Source: an uncultured Chthonomonadaceae bacterium
GTDB taxonomy: Bacteria > Armatimonadota > Chthonomonadetes > Chthonomonadales > Chthonomonadaceae
Assembly: GCA_963817895.1 (NCBI GenBank)
Contig: CAWFQB010000004.1
Span: 1 to 64,000, forward strand
Length of the DNA: 64,000 bases
Direction of reading: 5' to 3'
The notes under the pieces were generated by a model. That model ran no database searches. It was not told the DNA's origin and saw only the letters and a program-made list of their open reading frames with translations. This document shows, in pieces, positions 1 through 11,330 of the stretch (its first letter is position 1; each line of letters opens with the position of its first letter). The translations under genes and the position numbers were made by a program.

Positions 1-217
1 TGAGTGCTTCCGGGGAGCAGGGCGGGATTGTCCACAATACTCCTGCTCCTTCCCCGTCCAGCGCTTCCAACACATCAGCATTGGAACGCTTGATAAAACT
101 CCATGATGTCCTCTATGTTCGTCATTGTGTCTGTCCTTTGCGCCATGTACGAGCGCCTGATCTTTGATCTTCAATCTTTTGGGAACTGCATGGAAATGCT
201 ATTATGTTTTAGTGCGG

Positions 218-2102
218 CTATTCCACCTCGAACTCTGCCACTTTTGGTGGACACAGATAGCCGGGCATAACCTCGGAAGGATGGTATTTGAAACCTCGCC
301 CTTTGAAGGAACGCTCCAGTCCAGCCGCCAGCCCTGCCGGATCAGGCAGATCGGCGCATGTTCCGATACAGTCCTCGATGGGCGCTGGCACAAGCCCCAG
401 CATCCGATGCCACGTCTTGCTGTCGGGATTGGTGACGCGCTTGACCACCGCAGTGTGCAGCGTGTTCCAGGCCGTCAAATACACAACACGGCCTGCCGGA
501 GGCGCACCCTCCTTCTTCCGGTCGGTCGTGCGTGCGCCACCTTCCGCTTGGGCCGGGCAGCAAAATCCTCGGACGGCACATGATCACCCATTTCAGAACA
601 CTATGGATCGCGAGACGTTTTTCCTCGTCCGAGAAGCCGTTCCACCGCTCCATCATCGTCGCCGTTTTATTGTGTGTCCCCTCGACGGCGGCGCGCTCAC
701 GAATGATCTGCTCAAATTCTTGCAGGCGCGCCTCCAACCCGCCGATCTCCTCTTGGTGTTCTTCCTCCAAAATGCTGGCCGTCAATTCAGACAGTTTGCC
801 CTGCCTTGAATTGCTGTTTGATGCAGTCCTTGAATGCCTGCTTTTTCTCCTTGATCTGGTTTTGCATGACGGCGATTTCGGCGGCAACATCCGTGCCTTC
901 CAACGTTTCGCGCATCGTGTCCAGTTCCGCCATCAGGAGCGGCAACAACACCTGCTCGGTGTAGGCGCGCATGGCAGGTTCGGTGATGTTGGGCAGCGAG
1001 TGCGTACACCAGGTTTGCACATCATGCTTTTTGCTGACCCAGTATTTCTTGATGGTGCCGTCTTTTTGCCGGACTGGGTTGACGGTGAGATATTGTCCGC
1101 ATAGCCCACATTTGAACAGACCCGCCAGGTAGTTGTCGGGGCTGACATTGTTGCTGACCTTACGTTGGTCATCAAGTAGTTCTTGCGCCCGCTCGAACAA
1201 GGCCGGTTCCACGGCAGGTTCGCCGTCAATGAGAAATGCTGGACAATCCCAAACTTGATCTTCATGGGGTTGCTTGCCCTGATACCGCACATCTCGCAGG
1301 ACGGTATTGATCTGTTTCGTGTAGATCAAGTGGCTGGTCTCGTCTGTGCGCTTTATGGAACGACTGTCGTAGAGATCAGGAGCCAGAGCAATCCCTTCGC
1401 CCATCAACTGGCGCGCAATGGCAGCCTTGCTCATGCCGCAGCAGAACATGGTGAAGATGCGCCGGACAAGCGCGATTTCTTCCATCACGACTTTGATGCG
1501 CCCTTTGCCACATGCCGATAGCCCAGAACATTGCCGGTGACGACGATCTTGCCGCGCTCCCGCAGTTTGTTGACGCCGCGTGGGAATTGACGGCGCACAT
1601 TTCCCGATATTGCTGGGCCGCGAGAACCGTCTGGAAGAAGTTGCCGCGTGCTTCTGGGCTGTCAAGCGGCACGTTGCCATTGCGATCATAAAGCAGGCAG
1701 CCATGCTTTGCGAACAGGTCTGCCATGATCTTAGCGATGGCAATTTCCCGCAGAAGTCTGTCCACCGACCAGACAATCACACATTTGATCTTGCCCGTGA
1801 CGACGCCACGAATCAACTTTGTCAGGACGGGGCGATAAGGTTGGTCTGTCGACGGCTCCCCATTCCAATCCAATGTCCGGGCATTTTGCCCACCATTCGT
1901 CACCGCCATGATTTTTCGCCTCCGTCAGCCAGTTGTCTTGCGATAGTGGCAATCCATAATAGTCAGCAGTCTCCTGATTGCAGTCGTGCTGGTCGGCAAT
2001 GCTTTTGTTGGTGCCGTCGCGTCCGCGCGTCACGGACTTGCGCGCATAGTCCACCACCTGTTCTGGCTTGAGGGTTTTGATGTCTGTTTGTTTTGCTGCC
2101 AT
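218..2102 (-). CDS. Large serine recombinase/integrase (split over ~5 frames by indels)
   Basis: YARKS catalytic motif, SIADQ, VIVWSVDRLLR, recombinase domain (GMSKAAIARQL, VLRDVRYQG, EPALFERAQ), LAGLFKCGLCG Zn ribbon, coiled coil; GGAGG RBS before ATG 2102. Confidence 0.9.
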
Positions 2103-2337
2103 TCTATTTCCCTCCTTCGTTATTTCGATGGGCGCGCTGCATGCGGGCGTGAACGATGCCCCGTCTTGATGCTGGCATTCCGTTTGTATGCGCGCACGCG
2201 TCATAGAACGCCGCCTGTATGAACTGCCGATGTCTCTTGATACGTCCGGCACAGCACCACCGCTTGTAGATGCCTGTTCCGCTTGCATCGAGCGGTTGGA
2301 TGTCGAGATTCCATTTGTCTGTCTCCTAATGTTCTTT

Positions 2338-2366
2338 AGTATACAATATGTAGTTGGAGTTGTCAA
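2338..2366 (-). promoter_or_regulatory. Sigma70-type promoter of the recombinase
   Basis: Minus strand TTGACA-17 bp-TATACT. Confidence 0.75.
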
Positions 2367-2393
2367 GGAGTGTTAATAGCGTCAACTACATAT
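2346..2393. repeat. 11-bp inverted repeat (operator or att-like site)
   Basis: ATATGTAGTTG-N26-CAACTACATAT overlapping the recombinase promoter. Confidence 0.6.
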
Positions 2394-2653
2394 CTTATTC
2401 GGCGCGGTTTGAGATAGGCAGAGGGCGTTTTCTTTTGCTTTGCCTACTGCCATAACCGCTCATTAGTTGTCTTCTGTGTCTAGAACGCCTCCACCTTGCC
2501 CCTAATTCTCACATCGCGCTTCTCGAAAGTGGTTCAATGTCGGGAAAGGAACTTCAGCAACTCGTCTCGCGCGTGTGCATCAAACGCCACGCAGCATAGT
2601 GGGAAATCGACACTGGCTTGGTGAACTCATAAACAGGGCACTGGAATATTCCA

Positions 2654-4660
2654 GTGCCCTGTTTATATTCAGTTTGGATAAAATTCCTCGTTTCGGCAAG
2701 GTGGATGCCCGCCTTTCTCCAGAAGATGATAATACCAACCTCACATTCCGTGACCGCATGGCTCAGAACAGCAGCATGGCCCAACGAGGTTGGAAACCTT
2801 CTGAAGCGAGACACGAGATTGGATATTGATAAGATACTTTCCAGAGCAACTGGCGGCAAGGAAACTGTGCCGGACGACTGGATGCCTGCAACGGGAATGA
2901 GACCGATTCAAAATCATGATAGTGGCCTCCTGTGGCTAAAATTTCATGGAGATGATGAAGGCTTCGAGCGCGATTCGAGCCAGTATGCCTTCACCCCATA
3001 TATCAGCCGCAAAGGGCAGGAGTTTGAAGCGACGTGGATTAAGAAAGAAGCCCCACAAGCCGTGCGCGCGATGCAAGAGGATTGGAACGTTCGACAGTCT
3101 GCATCCTTTCGCAAGACTCTGGAACTCATCGAACGCAAAACACCTATCATCACCAAAGCCGCCCTCTGGTGGCAACCTGAGAAGATTTACGGTAGTTGCG
3201 ACCTCATCTGTCTCGAATCGTGGCTGTTCAAGAAGTTTCCACAACTTCGGCCTGACGACTACAAGGGTATAAGTGACCATTATGTAATTGTGGACATGAA
3301 ATACACTTCGTGCCTTCATACTTATTCCAAACGCGACGATTTAGAAAAGTACGCCTGCCAGATGCGAATCTATTCGTATGCGCTCGGACACATTCAAGAC
3401 CACATGCCAACGCACGCTTACATCGTGTCTCGTGACCGCATCCATGATCCCATCCCAGTTGAGGTCAATCAGGAACTTGGCAAGCCGATGGACAAGACCC
3501 TACGCGACTATCGCAATGAGTACCGACGTATCAAGTTGCGCGGTGAACGGTTAAAGCCCTGGAAGGACAAAGAGGTTAGCGTCAACCCTGGCAACCAAGA
3601 AGATTATCCCTGGCATGAGGCGAAGGAAGTCATCCTCACCGAACTCGTCAAAGGGCAAAGCCTGACGTTGTTGCCGGGTGTGGGCAATAAGATGGCTGAC
3701 GCGTTGGAAGATGCCGGTTACGAGTGCCTTGCAGACCTGTTAGCAAAGAAACCAGAGGACATTCCGTTGGAAGACATTCCTGGCTTCGGCCCGGTGATGG
3801 CGGCACGCATTCGCGCTGTTCTCAAGGCAAACCGAAGTAAAAAGGCGACCAAAGTACCGCTTCACGTTGTACCTCCAAAGGCGCAGACCGAATTGTTCGT
3901 AGACTATGAGTTCTTGTCAAACGTGAACTGTGACATGGAAAGGGAATGGCCCAACCTTGAAGGAACGCCAATGGTGGCGGCAATTGGGGTGGGCTGGGAG
4001 GAGCGCGGCAAATGGCGTTATCAACAATTCATCGCTGAGACTGAAACACACAAGGCCGAGCGCAAAATGTTCCAGCAGTTTCATTCCTTTTTGGAAAGTA
4101 GAGGAGTATTTGAGAACAAGCGCACGAGCGCTCTCTACCATTATTCCAATGCGGAACCCACTCAAACAAGACAGGCTATCGAGCGACAGGGCAGAGCATT
4201 GAAGCAATTGGCAGATTTACCGTGGGTTGACCTTTTGGATGTGTTTCACGAGGTGCCCATCGCAATTCCGGGGGCTTGGAAATTTGGCTTGAAGGAAGTT
4301 TCGTCGGCATTGAGCGCGTACTCGGAAGAACATGCCGTCTCTTGGCCCGAAGGCTTAAACTCAGGACAGGCGGCGCAAGTGGCTTTATGGGAAGCCTATC
4401 GACAGGACAAGCCTATGGAATCTGAACAGGTTGCTTTGGTGTCTTTGTATCTTGAGGCTGATGTAAGGGCATTGTGGTGCTTGTTGCGCTGGTTGAGAGA
4501 CTGCACGGAGGAGGAACGGGAACGTCAGGTGAAGGCGGGAAATGGTTCTTGGTATTCGATGGCGTGGGGTATGCAACACGAGGAACCTGTAGAGGCAAAT
4601 CCCTTCTATTGGGCCTCAACTCTGGTACTCATGGATGCTGAACCAATGCTCATCTGCTGA
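2654..4660 (+). CDS. TM0106-like RecB-family nuclease with HhH motifs and RNase H-like C-terminal domain (start uncertain)
   Basis: GSCDL...VDMK...QMRIY PD-(D/E)XK motifs; LPGVG and IPGFG HhH; FVDYE, LYHYS, WVDL, GLKEV, YLEADV. Confidence 0.8.
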   Translation: MPCLYSVWIKFLVSARWMPAFLQKMIIPTSHSVTAWLRTAAWPNEVGNLLKRDTRLDIDKILSRATGGKETVPDDWMPATGMRPIQNHDSGLLWLKFHGDDEGFERDSSQYAFTPYISRKGQEFEATWIKKEAPQAVRAMQEDWNVRQSASFRKTLELIERKTPIITKAALWWQPEKIYGSCDLICLESWLFKKFPQLRPDDYKGISDHYVIVDMKYTSCLHTYSKRDDLEKYACQMRIYSYALGHIQDHMPTHAYIVSRDRIHDPIPVEVNQELGKPMDKTLRDYRNEYRRIKLRGERLKPWKDKEVSVNPGNQEDYPWHEAKEVILTELVKGQSLTLLPGVGNKMADALEDAGYECLADLLAKKPEDIPLEDIPGFGPVMAARIRAVLKANRSKKATKVPLHVVPPKAQTELFVDYEFLSNVNCDMEREWPNLEGTPMVAAIGVGWEERGKWRYQQFIAETETHKAERKMFQQFHSFLESRGVFENKRTSALYHYSNAEPTQTRQAIERQGRALKQLADLPWVDLLDVFHEVPIAIPGAWKFGLKEVSSALSAYSEEHAVSWPEGLNSGQAAQVALWEAYRQDKPMESEQVALVSLYLEADVRALWCLLRWLRDCTEEERERQVKAGNGSWYSMAWGMQHEEPVEANPFYWASTLVLMDAEPMLIC

Positions 4661-4811
4661 TGATTTGGAAAGCCAGTTGAGATAAGGGGAAAGTGGTGAT
4701 TGCCGGAGTGGAAACTATTTTCACTCCGGCAATTGGCTTATGAAAGCAGGAACGGTACTGGCGATGTCGAATTTGCCAGAAACGTTGAACAAAAGCAAGG
4801 AGGCATCTCAA

Positions 4812-4937
4812 ATGACGCAGGTGGCGGTAATTGGAAATGCAGGCGGCGGAAAAAGCACACTCAGTCGCCGTCTCAGTCAGGCAATCGGTTTACCCCTGTA
4901 TTCTATTGACATGTTGGTTGGGGTTCGTGAAGAATAA
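4812..4937 (+). pseudogene. Truncated adenylate-kinase/FlaR-like P-loop gene
   Basis: MTQVAVIGNAGGGKSTLSRRLS..LPLYSID then abrupt stop; RBS present. Confidence 0.6.
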
Positions 4938-5106
4938 GGAAAATGGACACAGCCCCTTCCTCTATGGCTATGCCGAAGGTTGTTTCCAAGTGAACTTTTC
5001 GCAAACAAATCAGCAAATTAAACGCAGGAATGAGAAAGCGAGTGAAGAATTCTATCCTACTTAATCGTGTTCAACGACATTCGATTTCTTAGAAAGGGCG
5101 GACAGC

Positions 5107-6205
5107 ATGACGGCTTCCTCCGTGTTAGATGCAGCAAGTAGTGCGCCTGTATCGTTTTTCTCCTCCGACGCTCCCATGCACTTCGGCATTGTCGGCTGCG
5201 GCTGGTTTGGGCGCGTCCATGTCGAGCGTCTGAGTGAAATCCCCAATGTGCGTGTTGCAGCCGTCTGTGACCCCGAACAGAGTGCAGCGCTAAAACTCGC
5301 AGAACAGGTTCCTGCATCTTTGCGCCCCACGGAGGGCGTGGCTGTCTATACGGATGTGAACTCCCTGCTCTCACACCCCGGTTTACATGCGGTTTCCATC
5401 AACTCGCCCAATCGCTGGCACGTTCCCCAGATTTTAGCCGCACTGCAACAGGGCTTGCACATTCTGTGCGAAAAGCCACTCACACTCGTTCGTGATGAGG
5501 TGACGCAGGTAGTTGCAGCGGCACAGGAAGCGGAGCGAATTGTGGCTGTTGCCTATCAGTCTCGGTATCGGCGGGATGCCCGCCTACTGCGGATGGCGCT
5601 GCAAAGCGGAAAGTGGGGGCGCGTGACCTCCGTGAGCGTCTTCGCCTGCGAGGATTGGGTGACGCCGAATGTGGGAACGTGGCGGCACGATCCGGCACGT
5701 TGTCCGGGCGGCTATTTCGGCGATGCCAATGGACACCAACTCGATGCTCTGTTCTGGATGACGCAGTTGGAACCTATGCAGGTACGCGCCACAATGGAAA
5801 ATCGTGGTACGCCAATTCCCATCGTGACATGGGGCGAAGCGCGTTTGCGGGCGCAGAATAATAGAGCGGGAAGCACCGGAGCCAAGTATCCCGATGACGT
5901 TCATGTTTGTGGGGGATGCCCGACAGTGGCGAGAGGAGATTGCCATCCAAACCGAAGGTGCAGACTGGGTGATGCGTGACACGCGACTGTTCTGGACGGA
6001 CGGCAGCGCGGCCCTGGCTCCCTTCACGGAAGCCGATCTGGGCCTGATGGAACCGGTAACAACAGACACGCCTGATTTGGCCTTTGTTGCTGCCCTTCGT
6101 GGTAAAGAGCCGGTGGTATCCGCTCCCGAAACGGTTTGGCCCGTACTCAACTTCACCCTTGCGGCACTGGAATCCGCCGAGAATTCGAGCCGAACGACCC
6201 TGTAA
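5107..6205 (+). CDS. Gfo/Idh/MocA oxidoreductase (frameshift ~5870)
   Basis: GIVGCGWFG, HILCEKP, GGYFGD..H. Confidence 0.85.
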
Positions 6206-6208
6206 TTT

Positions 6209-6591
6209 CTAATGAGCCGTGCTGCTTTCGAGCAGATACCAGATGATGAGCAAACCAAGCGCCACAATCACAGCGGCAAAAGTCAGAACCACGCAGCGGA
6301 TGCCTGATACTGTCCCTCTCGAATTTGCCGTTGGACAGTGACATAGCGGCGAGCCGACAGTACAACAGTCAGCAGGCCGATGACAGTGAACAGCACTCCG
6401 ATGTTGGAAGCATGGATGATGCCGCGTGAGGGAGGCGTGAGCGCGTTGGGCGGGAACAGGTAGCGCAATTTGGCGATCACGACACCAAAGCCCATTGTGG
6501 CAATGCCCGTTCGCAGCCAGGCCAAGTAGGTGCGCTCGTTGGCAAGGTGGTCGCGCACCCGCTCATCATCTTGTGAGTGTTCCATACTCAT
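6209..6591 (-). CDS. DUF202/YidH-like membrane protein (frameshift near C-term)
   Basis: RDHLANERTYLAWLRT. Confidence 0.85.
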
Positions 6592-6602
6592 CTTTTCGCA
6601 GA

Positions 6603-8502
6603 TCAGCCTCTCTGGTGAGGAACCGGAAAATCTACAATGACCCGTGCGCCGCCTTCTGAGCGGTTCTCATAGGCAATGGTTCCACGAAGGTCATGGCGAC
6701 CTGTGCTGTCTATGAGGCCCAGACCCGTGTTTGCTGCCTTACGCCAGTCAAAGTCGGGGGGAAAGCCAGGGCCATCGTCGCAGACTTCCAGCCGTGCTGT
6801 CTCGCCCTGAACGGTCAGCGTTACTTCTATTGCATCTCGCCCATGTTTCACCGCATTGCTCACCAGTTCCGACACCAGCAAAGCGAGCGAGGCTCCTTCC
6901 CTCACTGGCAGGCGAAAGTCCTCAACTTGACATTGGATACGTCGTTCGCCCGCCGTAGATTGCAACAAAGGGATCAGTTTATCCAGAGCCGCTTTGGTGG
7001 AGATGCTGTCTGCCTCCACATTGCTTTTTGCCTCCTGTGTGAGCAGATCGTGGAGGGCTGCCAATGAACGGGTATGCTGTCCAATACGTTGAAGCGCGGC
7101 AACGGGAATCATTGTGTCGCCTGCTTCCATTTGCAGTTCGGCAAGCGCGGAGATCACTTGCAGATTGTTCTTCACGCGATGGTGCGTTTCCTGAACGGAA
7201 CGGCGCAGGCGCACATTGAGCGCTTCGATCTCTTGCAGATGGTGGATGCGGTCAGAAATGTCATAGAAGGCGACCACGCCTGCGACGATGTGTCCCTGCT
7301 CATCGCGGATGGGAGCCGCATTGACCAGAAGGGTGGTGCGCGAACCATTGCCCCGCTCGATCACATACGCTTCATCCTGCGTGGTTTCGCCATCTGCAAG
7401 CGCGCGGGCCAACGGGTAGTCTTGCGGCAGCATCAGGCTTCCGTCAAGACGATAGGCTTTCCAGTGTGTCCACTCCTCGGCGGAAATAGACAAGATGTCC
7501 GGCAAATGGTAGATGCGCTCGGCTTCCTGATTGGCAAACAGCAATCTGCCGGAAGGAGCCTCTGCCAGAAACACACCTGCGGGCATTTGCTCCAACACCG
7601 TTCGCAGGCGCGTCCGCTCGGCTTGCACCTGCCCCAACAAATGCTCACGCTCCGCTTCGGCTTGTTTACGCGCGGTAATGTCTTGCGTGAGGGTCATGCC
7701 TGCCACCACATCGCCCTCGTCGTTGCGGATGGGAACAACGCTGACTTCATAGGTGTGGTCTGCATACGACACTTCTGCCGAAGACGCGCTTCCCCCAAGA
7801 GCCGCCCGCATCAGGGGATCATTGATGGCAGCAACATCGGGATCAAAGGTTTCCCAGACCGTTTTGCCTTCCAGGAAGTTGGGGGGCATACCGGCTTCGG
7901 CAAATCCCTGGCCTCCGGCAACCATGAAACGCAAGTCTTGGTCGAACAAAACGACGGCTCCATGAGGAAAATGGTCAATCAAGGTTCGCAGCCGCCGCTC
8001 ACTATCGCTCAATGCCTCGGATTGTTGACGCAGAAGGTCGGCAGAACGCTTCTGTTCCGTGACATCCTCGGCAATGTACGAGCAGCGGAAACGCCCTGCC
8101 TCTGTGGTAGCAATATAGGAGACAGTTACAGAGAGCCAGCGTACTTCCTGCGATGTGTGATGGGGGTAGTGGAATCGAACAGGAGCCTGGATACGCGCGC
8201 ACTCTCGATAGTGACTGAAGCCATTCTTCGATGTACGTCTGTGGCATCCCCAGTTCGCTTGCCAGTTTGCGCTGTGTCGTTCCTGGCGTCACGCCCATGA
8301 ACTGTGTGGTGGCGGCATTGTCGGACAGATGCAGGATGTCGTTGTCCAGGATGTCCACCACGCCCATCATCATGGGAGCGCTATCATAGAAACTGTGCAG
8401 GATAGCATCGCTCTCCTGCAACGTTTCTGCTGTAGTTTCCTCGGCAATCTTCTCGTGAACCTGGGTTTGTTTGTGGCTGTTCAGGGTAACAGTTTCGGAC
8501 AT
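6603..8502 (-). CDS. Multi-PAS sensor histidine kinase, HisKA_2 type (frameshifted)
   Basis: PAS/PAC repeats, ETHHRVKNNLQ, ELVSNAVKH, DDGPGF. Confidence 0.85.
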
Positions 8503-8636
8503 GGCTTGCTCCTAGAAGTGACCGAGCATAGTTGGACAGGAGCGTTGCGGGTACCTGCCTTTGAACACTGAAGACAAAGCCTCATGCCTCGAAGTGGGTC
8601 GCAAAAATGCCTGATTTGGTTTGTATGATGCTTCCT

Positions 8637-9436
8637 TTACCCACTAAATGGCAGTGTTGTTCCAAAATGCAGCCTCATCTGCTCAAGTTCCCATTTTGCG
8701 ATCAGCCCCAGGCAGCGAGAGTTGGGATGAATGTTGGTGAAAAAGGCAGCATCGTCACCGAAAAAGCATCGAAGGCGTCATCCACGACCGTGTGTTCTGG
8801 TACTGGTAAGCCGCGCACCCGCAAGTCCCAATTGCCGCGTTCGGTTTCGGCCTTCATCCCTGCATAAATATCCACCACAGGATAATCTGCTTCTTGCGCC
8901 CAGGTACGCATGGCTTCGTATAAGGGGCCGAGGCTGGCGTTCCTATCCCAGAGATAATGTGTCGGATAATCCACCCAGATGCCGGTCTCAATAAAGAGCG
9001 TCACGCTTGGAAAGCGCTGGCTGATAGCCGTACACAGGGCGTGCAGATTGTGGATACAGCCGGTTATGCCATGCCGCTTACGGTCATTGATGCCATAGCG
9101 CACAAAGGCGATGTCCAGGCGCGAGAGGTCGGCAAATGCTTTCTCGAAGCGCAACGGTTTCAGGAAATCGTCGGCACTCTCGCCATCTTGCGCCAGATTG
9201 CGAATGACGAAGGGCTGATTGGGAAAAGCGCGCCGCAGTCGTACCGCCAAATGGTTCTGCGGTCGGTTGGCAGGGGGAAAGTAGGTGCAAGCCACGGTGC
9301 AGTCGCCAACGAGGGCAATGGAACAGGCCGCAACGAAGGATGGCTCTGCGGCGCGCACTTCATCACTGTACGGTGTGGAAGGCCACTCCCGCGCATGGCC
9401 TTGATGCGGGTCAGGATTTTCCTGGTTGGCTGTCAT
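8637..9436 (-). CDS. SGNH/GDSL hydrolase (C-terminal frameshift)
   Basis: IALVGD, NLAQDGES, YGIND, HPN in shifted frame. Confidence 0.65.
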
Positions 9437-9440
9437 CGTA

Positions 9441-9965
9441 TCAAGCCTCTATGTTGGCGGTTTCATCCTGGTGAATGGCGTACATCCGGCACACATGTCC
9501 CTCGAACTCTATGTCGCGTTCATAGCGCATTCCATTCTTCTCGGCAACACGGATGGACGCGATGTTGCCGGGATCAATGATCGAGATCAGGCGGCGAAAA
9601 CCAAAGTCACGAAAGCCATGCTCTTTAAGCGCTTGGGCCGCCTCGGTTCCTAATCCCCTTCCCCAATACGGCTTGGCGAGCATATACGCGACCTCCACTT
9701 CCTGCATATCATCAATGACTTGCCATAACAAACCACAGCGCCCGATAAACGCGCCATTCTCCTTGTAGATCGTTGCCAGGAAATCCACTCTGGTGCGCGC
9801 ATACTGTTCAATGATTTGCTCTACACGCTGGCGAGTAATTTCCCAGGAGCGTGTCCCTTCAAAATAGCGCATCACATCAGGATCGGCATACAGGGCGGCA
9901 AGCGCATCCACATCCTCCAGAGTGAGTGGACGCAGGATCAATCTTTCCGTTTCCAACACTGCCAT
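9441..9965 (-). CDS. RimJ/RimL-type GNAT acetyltransferase
   Basis: LETERLILRP, WGRGLGTEAA, NIASIRVAEKNG. Confidence 0.9.
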   Translation of the reverse strand: MAVLETERLILRPLTLEDVDALAALYADPDVMRYFEGTRSWEITRQRVEQIIEQYARTRVDFLATIYKENGAFIGRCGLLWQVIDDMQEVEVAYMLAKPYWGRGLGTEAAQALKEHGFRDFGFRRLISIIDPGNIASIRVAEKNGMRYERDIEFEGHVCRMYAIHQDETANIEA

Positions 9966-10183
9966 ATCTATCTCTCCCTTCTTGCTATGCGCCATCCAAA
10001 CGCGAAAACGCCTGCGACATGAATACAACCCCACTTGCCCGGAGGCAAGAAGGGCGTTCACATCGCAGGCGCTATCGAGGGTTGAAGCAGCGTGACTGCG
10101 GAATACATATCGTGTTTGTCGGGTCAACCAAACACAGTATACCAAAAACGAGAATAATCGGCAAGAAAAAGGGACGGTAAATT

Positions 10184-11311
10184 TCAGTGGGGCGTCAGTA
10201 GGAAAGCCCGTATACCTCCGCTTCGGCTCTTGCCTAGATCGTTGCTGTGGTAGCCTGTGCCCACAATCTGTCCCCGGTCGTTAATGCTCACGGCACGTTC
10301 CAGCACCCAGCCTGCTTCTTTTGGGATCAGGTCATTGATATTGTAGGCTTTGCCGTCTTGCCAGAGGATGGCCCGGTTTCCGCCCCACCCGACAGAGTTG
10401 TTGCCGTTGTGTTCCTCGTACTGGATGTCAACCTCTCCCACAATTTGGCCTTTGTTGTTGATCGCATTGGCAGCGCTGGTTCGGCCTCCCGCGGTTCCCA
10501 GATCATGGAGGGTGTTGCCGTCCCAGAGGAAAGCATGATCCTTGTAGATGCCTTCTGTGGAAGCCACACCCACCACCTGACCACGGTTGTTGACAGACAG
10601 AGGACGACAGGTGCCATGAAGGATCAGAGTGCCGAGGTTCTGTTGCTTATGCCCATCCCACAACACCGCTGTCATAACGCCAAAGGGCCGCCTGCCAGGG
10701 ATATAGCCGACGATCTTGCCTGCGTCATTGAGGCCGGTGGGGACGAAACCCAAGCGGCTAACTTCTGGGTCTTGCACGCGAACCCCCTGTTCAAGTTGCC
10801 AGAGAATGGGAGCAAAAAAGCCATCCAAGCCGAAGGTGCAGCCAATCACTTGCCCCTTGTTGTTCAGGCCGGTCAGCGTGTCAGGGCCAACCTCCGCAGG
10901 TATGCCCAGCGGCGTGGGCACTGATCTTCTAATCTCGCGCATTCGCCCCTGTTCCCATAGAAACGGAACCATTCTGCCAGCGACGCTTTCAGAGACGCCA
11001 ACGATCTGTCCCGTATCGTTGATGGCACTGGCCCAACTCTCCTTGCCTCCAAGTGTTCCGAGTAGCCTCACTTGGCCTTTGTGATACAGAAACGCCGCAT
11101 GGTGATGTTCCGCCGTGTCCAGCGTACCAACAACATCGCCTGCATTGTTGATCGCCTTCACCCCATTATCCGACGCTCGCGCGGGGATGTTGATTTCTTC
11201 CAGAGAATAGCGGGGAGGTGCAGGCTCCACTTCTGCCTTCAAGGGTGTGAAAAGAACTGGGGCGAGAGAACATGCCAGAACTAAAATTCGTATGCTGCTT
11301 TGCATGAACAT
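10184..11311 (-). CDS. Secreted HAF-repeat protein
   Basis: Signal peptide; repeated AIN..GQIVG / HAFLW / DLGT. Confidence 0.85.
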   Translation of the reverse strand: MFMQSSIRILVLACSLAPVLFTPLKAEVEPAPPRYSLEEINIPARASDNGVKAINNAGDVVGTLDTAEHHHAAFLYHKGQVRLLGTLGGKESWASAINDTGQIVGVSESVAGRMVPFLWEQGRMREIRRSVPTPLGIPAEVGPDTLTGLNNKGQVIGCTFGLDGFFAPILWQLEQGVRVQDPEVSRLGFVPTGLNDAGKIVGYIPGRRPFGVMTAVLWDGHKQQNLGTLILHGTCRPLSVNNRGQVVGVASTEGIYKDHAFLWDGNTLHDLGTAGGRTSAANAINNKGQIVGEVDIQYEEHNGNNSVGWGGNRAILWQDGKAYNINDLIPKEAGWVLERAVSINDRGQIVGTGYHSNDLGKSRSGGIRAFLLTPH

Positions 11312-11330
11312 GGCTATACCGCTCCCTGTG

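Noticed and set aside
1..125. Partial minus-strand gene downstream of the recombinase (MTNIEDIMEF...)
   Set aside because: Too short and frameshifted at the window edge to call
7074..8300. 408-aa plus-strand ORF and similar antisense ORFs
   Set aside because: Shadows of well-supported genes on the opposite strand
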